Position numbers and translations under genes: made by a program. A DNA stretch of 64,000 bases, taken from Octopus vulgaris. Lineage: Eukaryota. The stretch covers positions 3,410,001 through 3,474,000 of the forward strand of contig OX597830.1 in NCBI GenBank assembly GCA_951406725.2. The letters run 5' to 3'. The notes beneath the pieces were generated by a model. It worked only from the letters and a program-made list of their open reading frames with translations. It searched no databases and had not been told where the DNA came from. How positions within the stretch are numbered: the first letter of the stretch is position 1; the number at the start of each line of letters is the position of its first letter. Below are positions 55,044 to 64,000 of this stretch, one piece after another.

Positions 55044-55644
55044 GATGACACCCAACAGCAATTATTAGAAAGTACAGGAGATGAGGGAGAAGATTTTAAG
55101 AAATAATGAAAAAATATTCATGTGTATTTGCTTTTTGTTTGCAGGTAAGGGAAAGTTATGAACATGTTTTTGTTTCTCTTGTCCCACTATTGATTTTATC
55201 AACATAGATCAGTTTTAACTAAACTGCCAATTAGCATTTTAATTTTACACACACCTGGTTCACCAGCCCTCAGTCAAAATCGTCCAATCCATGGAAAGCA
55301 GACGTTAAACGATGATGATGATGATGACACAAATATTTATGTATATTTTCACAAATATAATGTGTGTGTAGTGTCTGTAGCCACATTTGTAGTAAGGATT
55401 TCTCCTACTTTCTTGTAACTTAGATTATCATAATTTTAATGTCAAAGAGGAGATTCTTTGTGTTCCTGTTCTTTATTACTGCAAGGTAGTTCATGACAAG
55501 ATATTCCTCAGTCAAAAATAAACTGCGATGTTTTTAACAAAATACGCAATTTCAGTAGATTTACTCTTTTTATTCTTTGCCAAATATACTTTCAGAATGA
55601 TGTAGCAATTTTTTTTACGTTAGACACACACACATACACACAAA

Positions 55645-55679
<35 letters not shown>

Positions 55680-55756
55680 CATTTGTATGTAATGCATGTA
55701 CAAGTATTTAGGAATGTATATATATTTACATGACTAAAAGCATTTCACAAATAATT

Positions 55757-56235
55757 CATCATCATCATCATCGTTTAACGTCTGTTTTCCATGCTGGCAT
55801 GGGTTGGACGATTTGACTGAGGGCTGGTGAGCCAGGAGGCTGCACCAGTCTCCAATCTTGTCTGGCAAAGTTTCTACAGCTGGATGTTCTTCCTAATGCA
55901 AACCAATCCAAGAGTGTAGTGGGTGTTTTTACATACCACCAGCATGAGGCCCAGTCAGGGAGTACTGGCAACAACCACACTCAAATGGTGCTTTTTAAAT
56001 ACGTGCCACTGGCACGGGAGCGAATCAGTGACCCTGGCAATGATTATGCTCGAATGGTGCTTTTAACATTCCACTGGCACAGGTGCCAATCAGGTGGTAC
56101 TGTCATTGGTCACGACAGCAATTTCACTTGCCTCAACAAGTCTTCGCAAACATAGTTTATTGTACAATGATTAAAGAGTACTCTTAAGTGGTCTGGTTAT
56201 ACAGCACTGGCATAGGCCACGGTTAAGGTCTCACT
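55757..56235 (-). mobile_element. Family B retroposon
   Basis: Collinear with 34207-34920. Confidence 0.85.
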
Positions 56236-56783
56236 TTTCAGTTTTAAAGAATGGAGGGTATGATTTGAGAGAGATTTGACTGCCATTTTAAAGCAAGTAA
56301 GCTATTAAGCAGAGGCTCTCTTGACTCTCTACACATTAGTTGTACCAGGGTGACACATGACAAGAGCCAATAATTACTAGTTATTTTTGAGGTCACATTT
56401 TCTGTGACCCCATTTAACACCTTTTAAAATGAGGCATCGTCCTACTTGAACACACCCAGGAAATTTAATTAAATCTCATTAGAACGGTGATGACACCAGT
56501 TTTAGGCTTTTGAACATGCCAATATTACAAGTGGAATAACAAAGGCTAAGAAGGACATCCTTCTCCCTTGAGGCATGTCACAGAGGTGCCTTTAGTCAGT
56601 CATAAACAGGACTAACTGTGTTTCATCAGAGATGATGTAGCTACAGAAGGTTTAGCTTTATGTTCCATAAAACAATTTCTTGTTTTCATAGTTTTGAATG
56701 GCGCCTACTTGTGCAGAAGAGATCAAGGAATTCTTCCTGATCAATATTAAGTGCAAAGAAATAATAATCATTAAATATATAAA

Positions 56784-56860
<77 letters not shown>

Positions 56861-56868
56861 TGATAATA

Positions 56869-57252
56869 ATAGTGTTAATTGAGAAAGAAAGCAAATGATG
56901 CTTGACCATAGATATAGCATGCCCAGCTGACAACAAGGTAAGTGGTAAGGAAGAAAGAAAAGTCGATAGATATGATAGGTTAGCTTGGGAGGTTAAGCAG
57001 TTGCGATGATGAAAAAGGTAGTAGTAGTATTAATAATTGCTGGAGCCCTGGGAGCAGTGAGGGAAAATCTTGAGAAGTAAAAGCTAGATAGATCATAGGA
57101 AAGCCTATGATGTGATCCTACACACATGGATAAGTGAATATTTGGGTATATTTAGTATAGCAGACAGCATGGGAGAATTAATTATCTGTAGCATCGAGAA
57201 ATGGAAAAGAGATCTCAACTCAGGTGACACACTCTTAGGGAAATTTAATAAC
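56869..57252 (+). mobile_element. R4/Dong-clade LINE remnant (RLE fragment then RT fragment) next to (TAA)n
   Basis: VLIEKESK*CLTIDIACPADNKVSGKEERKVDRYDRLAWEVKQL..KKVVVVLIIAGALGAV (RLE-like), then IDHRKAYDVILHTWISEYLGIFSIADSMGELIICSIEKWK (RT-like). Not in the ORF track. Confidence 0.85.
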
Positions 57253-57282
57253 ATCTGTAAGTAAAAAAAAATTGGAAAACTA

Positions 57283-57471
57283 ATCCAGAATCTTTGTCTG
57301 GTACTGGATCGATCCCAAAATCTAATCAGTTCATGCTAGTCACAAGGCAAAATATCCCTCAAAGTTTCATCCAAATCCATCCAGCGGTTCTTGAGATATT
57401 TTGTCCATAGACAAACAAACAAACAAACACAACTGAAAACAATACCTCTGGTTTTGCTAAAGTAGAAGTAA
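57283..57471. mobile_element. Helentron-associated (DINE/HINE-like) fragment
   Basis: aagtttcatccaaatccatccagcggttcttgagatatt, (caaa)n, then gaaaacaatacctc...gaagtaat decayed hairpin end. Confidence 0.5.
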
Positions 57472-57483
57472 TAATAATTCTTC

Positions 57484-57667
57484 CTACTATAGGCACAAGG
57501 CCTGAAATTTGGGAAAGGGGTTGGTCAATTACATCGACCCCAGTGCATAACTGGTACTTAATTTATTGACCCTGAAAGGATGAAAGTTGAACTCAGCGGA
57601 ATTGAAACTTAGAACATACTGCTAAGCATTTTTTCTAGTGTGCTAATGATTTTGCCAGCTCGCCGCC
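57484..57667 (-). mobile_element. Meta-domain SINE, family C
   Basis: ggcggcgagctggc head; ctttcatcctttcagggtcaataaattaagtaccag. Confidence 0.85.
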
Positions 57668-57669
57668 TT

Positions 57670-57670
57670 A

Positions 57671-57768
<98 letters not shown>

Positions 57769-57892
57769 TTATGATAATAATAATGATGATCATGATCATG
57801 ATGATGCTTCCTCTTCTTCTTCTTCCTGCTTCTTCTTCTTCTTCTTCTTCTTCTTCTTCTTCTTCTTCTTCTTCTTCTTCTTCTTCTTCTTC

Positions 57893-57932
<40 letters not shown>

Positions 57933-57946
57933 CATTATTATTATTA
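57670..57946. repeat. (TAA)n-(GAT)n-(CTT)n-(ATT)n compound microsatellite
   Basis: Seen directly. Confidence 0.98.
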
Positions 57947-58289
57947 ATGCCAGCCAGTTGTGTTTCTAGAGTACTTTACCTTTTCAGCAAAATTTAGAAT
58001 CACAGGAATTGGTTATGCTGTGTGTCAGCAGAAATTAGTTAATAATAAAAGTTTTTATATAAGATTTCAATAAGTTGATTTGCTATGAAGAGAAAAAGTT
58101 CAACATTTCCAGAAAATGTTCCTCATCCAAGAGACAAGCAAATAGACAGTCAGTGAATATATAAGTATATAAGAGTGTTATCATCTTGGTCACCAAATGG
58201 CTAATACTTTGAATTCACCTGTAATGAAAGTCTCTTATCTTTAATGCCTTCCAGCTTTTACATATATAATATATATAATACAGACATAT

Positions 58290-58510
58290 ATATATGTATG
58301 TAAGTATGTATGTATGTAAGTATGTATGTATGTAAGTATGTATGTATGTATGTATGTATGTATGTAGGTATGTATGTATGTATGTATGTATGTATGTATG
58401 ATGTATGTATGTAAGTATGTATGTATGTATGTAAATATGTATGTATGCATGTATGTATGTATGTATGTATGTATGTATGTATGTATGTATGTATGTACGT
58501 ATGTATGTAT
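58290..58510. repeat. (ATGT)n microsatellite
   Basis: Seen directly. Confidence 0.98.
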
Positions 58511-60321
58511 TGATTCTAATACAATTTTAATTACATTATCTGTTAAGATATTTCGACTATTGTGTATATTTACTGATAAATTCATCATTAGCTTGCTTTC
58601 GAGCTTTCGCTTGATATCTCTCATCTGCCAGAAGTTTCCCATTTTCTTTTGATATGTAACAGTAACATGGGTGATGAGTATCTTTAATAATGTTTCATAG
58701 TTTGAAATTTACGTGCTACACTCAAAACATTTGCAGTTATAGATATTCCCTGACAGATAAAAACGATTTCAATGAAGTTCTTAAAGTGCTTGAATCACTG
58801 AGTCTTGTCTTTCTGATTCAATACTGTGTAATATTTATGTGACTAAATATTGATTAAATATTGACTAAATATTAATTGAACCAATAGAAACTCTGAGATA
58901 ATAACCTCCTCTACAGGAATTATTCACTAAATATGCAATAGTAATTTATAACTAATTATTTCTAAAACAACTAACTTTAAATAAAGGGTTTTCTTACAAA
59001 AACATGTCTAACTTAGAATTCTTTTACTTTTAAGTGAAAATTGGATAACAGAAATTTTTCAGGCAACTGTAATTCTACAAATGTTCCAATTTTATTACAC
59101 AAGGCCAGCATTCCAAATTTTGACACAAGGCCAGCAATTTCAGGTGAGGGATTACCTCAATTACATCAACCCCAGTACTCAACTGGTACTTATTTTGTTG
59201 ATTCCAAAAGGACGAGAGGCAAAGTTGACCTCGGTGGAATTTGAACTCAGGATGTAAAGACAAAATGCTTCTAATTTAATAATGAAATCCTTAAATAAGA
59301 AAATAAATAATTCTCTTTTATCTGAGTTTATTGTTGGTGCTATCTGTTTTTTGTTTTTTTAAGGTAACAAACAGACATTTACTTGATCTAGACAAAAATA
59401 ATTTTTGCTTTTCTCCAGAAAATATTGTTCGATAAACTAAAAGAATTGAAATGTATTTGTAAAGTTCATCCAAAGTGTTCATTGCTGGTGAAAGTTTTTT
59501 GTTGATTAATTTTGAATGTGATTATTCAAACCAGTAAAAGTGAAACGCGATTTTGCTATCATAAAATTGCTTACAGAAGTGGAATTAAGGAATTACGAGT
59601 GGAAGAGATAATATTGGAATTAAAGAAAAAAAATTGTGACCGAAACTAACATGGTATGATAAAAGAAACGGAATTAATCAGAGAAAATATATTGAATACC
59701 AAAGAGAAAAAGGGAATGATTGTTATGATTTGTTGCACTGTGAAAAATATAGAATGGGTTAATGATTAATGATGGAAAATAAATTACCAAGAGACAGATT
59801 AAGTATCTTTAGTAAAAAAGGTAGAAAACATTTATTTTATTATTATTTTTTAATATTTATTCATTCGTCTGAATTTTGTTGAAATCAATTTGTTCTGAAA
59901 TTGGGTAACATTTTAAAACTATTCCCAATTTATATTAAAGAGAAGGTGTAAATTACTTCTTAAGATGTATTATAGTTTTCTCTGTATGTGTGAGTGAGTT
60001 TATGTAGCTATCTGTGTGTGTGTGTGTGAGAACTTCTCCATATGCATGCACCAGTGTATTTATATGCATATGTGTGTGTGTGTGTGTATATATATATAGA
60101 TATATATATGTATGTAAGTATGTATGCGCTTGTATGTATGTATGTATGTATGGATGTATGTATGTATGGTTGTATGTATGTATGTAGGGATGCGTGTGTG
60201 TGTGTATGTATGTATATATATATGTGTGTGTGTGTGTACATGTATGTGTGAATGCATACTTATACTGAAGTTTTTAATCACTTTTTAATAATAAATGCGT
60301 GTGTGTGTGGTGCGTGCGTGT

Positions 60322-60379
<58 letters not shown>

Positions 60380-62062
60380 TGTGTGCACTTGCGTGCATGC
60401 ATGTGTGTGTCAAATAATATGGTTATAGAAATGTATTCTAAAATTTGAAGTAGGATGGTGAGGTTTAATCTATCAATTCTTACCATTGATTACTCAAAGG
60501 AATAAAACCATAAAACAAAAGAAATATTAAAAAAAGAAAATTTAGAAAACAAAAAGAAGGAAATGAAAATGAAAAAAAATATGGAGTTTGCTTTCAAGGA
60601 GCAACATCGTTGTTTTTAATCTCCTTGAATACACGTGTCAAATATAGGATTGGGCAATTCCAAAAATACTCTTTAAATAAACTCCAGAACTGGTTATGGC
60701 ATCATTGAATGATGAAGAACAATTTTATTTTGCATACAAGACTAATGATCTTTGGAAATGTATGAATGTTGCAATTTCTACTTTACATTTTAAACATCTT
60801 ATCCTTCCAGGTTACATAAGAAATGATTTTTAATATCATCATTAACATCATTATCCAGATTAAGTAATAGATTTTATTTGATTTAAATTATTTCATTGAA
60901 CATAATTTAAAAGATTTATTTTCTTTGGTAAATTGCTATTTGTTTTTTGTCTTTTTTTTCAAATAGTTTTATATTTTGATCATACACAGTCGACTAAAAA
61001 TGCTAAGTTCTAACCATATTTCTGTATTGTTATTCTTTAATGTCATTAAAGAATTATTCTTCTCCAAAGAAAACATATTCAACGACAATCATAACATCCT
61101 AAACTCAATTGCTAGAATATTTAAGTTTATTGCATCTGTACTGACTGACCCTAAAACTAATTTGCTTACAACAAAACAGTGTTCAATAATGGAATTTTAA
61201 TTTAATCAAAAATTCTATTTAAGTGATAAAATTCTATACACATATAATTTATTGAAGTATAAACAGAATTATTTTATAATTTTATGCAAATATCTATTTT
61301 ATTCTTTAAATAAATTAAAGGTTTTTTCAGTATCATAGTCAGGATATTTAGATTGAGATACTAAATAAACAGAGAGAAGCAGTGGCTTAAATTACTCTTC
61401 TGGATTTCCTATATCCCCCCCTCCTCCTCCTCCACCTCATCATCATCATCACTTTTTGATGCTTGCACACAGGTCAAATAGAATTTCTTGAGCCAGGCTT
61501 TCTATGACCAGATGACCTTTCTACCACCAGTCTTCCCCCATTTCCAAGCAAAGTAATATTTCTTCATGGATGGTCATGTTTTCACGGAAGACTGGAATCA
61601 GAAATGAAATTGCTTTTATGAAGATGACACTCACTTAGAACCACTGCATGTTGTCAAAACAAGACCACACACACACACACAAACACATGCATACACATCC
61701 ATACATACATACTTGCATGCAAAATATCTGCATGTCTTTCCCTGGTTCCCTTCTCTTTTCCTCTTCTCTCTCTCTCCTCTTCCCTGAACATTTCTCTTTG
61801 TATCTAATGAAAGACTATGTCTGGAAAGTTACACTTTCATTCTATAACATTCACTCTATAACTTTATTTTCTTTGCACATCAACCAAGAAATATTCACAG
61901 CGAACGTCTCTGGGACTTCTGTTGTTTTAGTATTTGACTTAGTTCTTTGTTACCAAACTGCTATCTATAAAAAATACATATACGTATATTTACATAAATG
62001 CATACATGTGTGTGTGTGTGGGGGGGGTGCGTGTGTGTGTGTGTGCGTGTGTACATGCTGGC

Positions 62063-62221
62063 AACTGGCTTCTTTCAGTTTCTGGCTACCAAATCCACTC
62101 TGAAAACTTTGATGAAGTTAGTATTATAGTGGAAGATATTTACCAAAGCTGCTATACAGTGGGACTGAACCCAAAACCGTGTGGTTGGGAAGCATGTTTC
62201 TTAACTACACATCCATGCCTC
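62063..62221 (-). mobile_element. Family A SINE, degenerate 5' half
   Basis: ggcatggatgtgtagttaag...gggttcagtcccactg...ggaaactgaaagaagcc-like. Confidence 0.8.
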
Positions 62222-63337
62222 TCCTCAAAATCTGATGACACCAACCAACCATCTTTGATAAGTGTATTTATACAGTCAAGATGGAGGTGTATCTTCTTGA
62301 GCTTTACTCTTAGGGGCATAAAATATAAATCAATAAATATATTCAGAATGTCGATGCTTTCACTTGAGCCAGTCTTAAAATATCTTTTCTGTCTGTTTGA
62401 GCAGGAATCAAGCAAACTAATGAAGCTAAACTTGGTGCTCAATTCCTTCATTTCTAGCCCTGTGTATCTAATGCATCCACATTTGTTAGTTACTGTGGAC
62501 AGAAAGCTAAAGCTGTAATGTAGATACAAGTAAATACAAGTTTTAGAGTCTGTAGATTGAACTGTATGCAAGAAATTTTTTGTACCATTTCTAAGTAATG
62601 GAGAGAGCATATCTATGGTTTTGTGTGAGCTCTCTTTCAATAATAGGTTTGACAACTCAAAAACCAACATTAATTGGTTGTCAACATCTGTAGATCTTGA
62701 TAAAATCAGAATGTATCAGCTTCACATGTTTCTGTTGGTGAAGTAACACAGATGGAAATTTGTTCCTCTAATCTGAATACAATGCAGCTGACATTTTCAT
62801 GTAAGTTCTGTAGAATAGGTAGACATAAGAATATCGCATGTCAAAAACATACAGTTTTTTTTTCTCATTATATTTTAATGCTTCCATGATACATCTGATT
62901 TTTATCTCATTATGAATGCTTCCAACTTGTGTAGAATAATATACAATTTGCCACCAGAGCAAGTCTCATATCAAACATCTTTTTAAAAAATCATTGAACT
63001 TTTTTCCCCCTCCATGTTTTGCTAACATGGAAGTTTGGAACTTATGTAATCTGTAAGACAAAACATTTTCTATGCTGAAAACATTTCAAAAATGAATACT
63101 GTTCATTTTCATTTGTTAGTTCTCCAATAAATGTAAAGAAACTTAAGTCTTGCAGAATATAAGAAACCACATTTCTTGCTGATGTAAAGATATTAATGAA
63201 TCCATGATGCTGTGATAAAATGAACCTAGTTCGTTCTTTAAAAAGATCCGTGTTTGTAAAGAATTCAACCATAGAAAAAAGTCCAAAGTTTGAATATACA
63301 ATCAACTTGTCTTCTGATCAATATTGGAGGGCAATAT
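62222..63337 (-). pseudogene. Decayed coding-like segment, weak resemblance to CCZ1/HPS4/INTU longin domains
   Basis: Acceptor ttcttattcacag at 63350-63338; three adjacent same-strand non-repetitive ORFs, one stop-free for about 160 codons; LIRRQVDCIFKLWTFFYG and ANCILF/STQV motifs. Family call is by eye only. Confidence 0.35.
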
Positions 63338-63554
63338 CTGTGAATAAGAACAAACTCAGACTATAATGACCTAAGCCAAACCATGGCAACAAACGAGTAC
63401 AAACAAAATTGTAAAGGTGATGTTTTAAATGTAAATTTAATACAAAGGGAGATAAGCTGTAAAGAGATGCAAAAGTTGAAAGAAATGTCACTCATGTGAC
63501 TGACAATGACTAATGAATTATGATTATGTTTATTATTATTAATAATGTAATTAA

Positions 63555-63766
63555 GGCATTGAGCTGGCAGAATCGTTAGCAAACTGAGCAAAATGTTTAG
63601 CAGCATTTCATCCATCTTCACAGTTTGAGTTCAAATTCTGCTGAGGTCGATGCTGCCTTTCATCCTTTCAAGCTTGATAGAATAAGTACTTGTCGAGCAC
63701 TGCAATCAATGTAATTAACTTTCTCCTCCCCCAAAATTGCTGGCCTTGAGTCAAAATTTGAAACCA
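63555..63766 (+). mobile_element. Meta-domain SINE, family C
   Basis: gagctggcagaatcgttagc head; gcctttcatcctttcaagcttgatagaataagtac. Confidence 0.85.
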
Positions 63767-64000
63767 TTTTTAATAAAGGACCTAGTCTACAATTGAATGA
63801 GTTTCTAATGTTAGGGCACAATGGGTAAATTGTCACCATTTTGTATTTTTAATTTTGTAGAAGCACATCGTTCGTTTTTGGTTTTGGTGATTACACAGTA
63901 TAGTGCAGTCAGTTGGGCACCGCCTGTGAGGAAAAACATTATCATGATGTAATTCACTCTGCCAGAAATTTGGAAACAACATACTGCACTGATTAGCATT

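Noticed and set aside
56930-56945. Strong donor AAG|GTAAGT
   Set aside because: Falls inside the R4/Dong RLE reading frame (NKVS); explained by the transposon.

Overview
AT-rich, microsatellite-dense eukaryotic DNA with no intact protein-coding gene. The repeat repertoire (tRNA-derived CORE-type and Meta-type SINEs, RTE and R4/Dong LINEs, TTAA MITEs, Helitrons) points to a coleoid cephalopod, most likely Octopus; this is inference, not a database result. The window reads as intronic or intergenic. Nearly all listed ORFs are microsatellite or SINE artefacts. Recognisable protein-derived sequence is limited to a full-length but dead RTE LINE (37262-41117, minus), a domain-permuted R4/Dong remnant (56869-57252) and a decayed coding-like segment (62222-63337, minus) weakly resembling CCZ1/HPS4/INTU longin domains. 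The most interesting signal is non-coding: at least eight hammerhead-ribozyme-like motifs (CUGANGA, stem II, GAAA, palindromic stem III, UH) in short Penelope-like terminal-repeat fragments. These include a 411-bp TSD-flanked element that fuses a tRNA-like Pol III head to a hammerhead tail, and a family whose two copies share an A6U core variant. Also present are a head-to-tail Helitron dimer, an 11-bp minisatellite with a local duplication, several fold-backs and candidate recursive splice sites. Repeat boundaries were read by eye and may be off by several bases.
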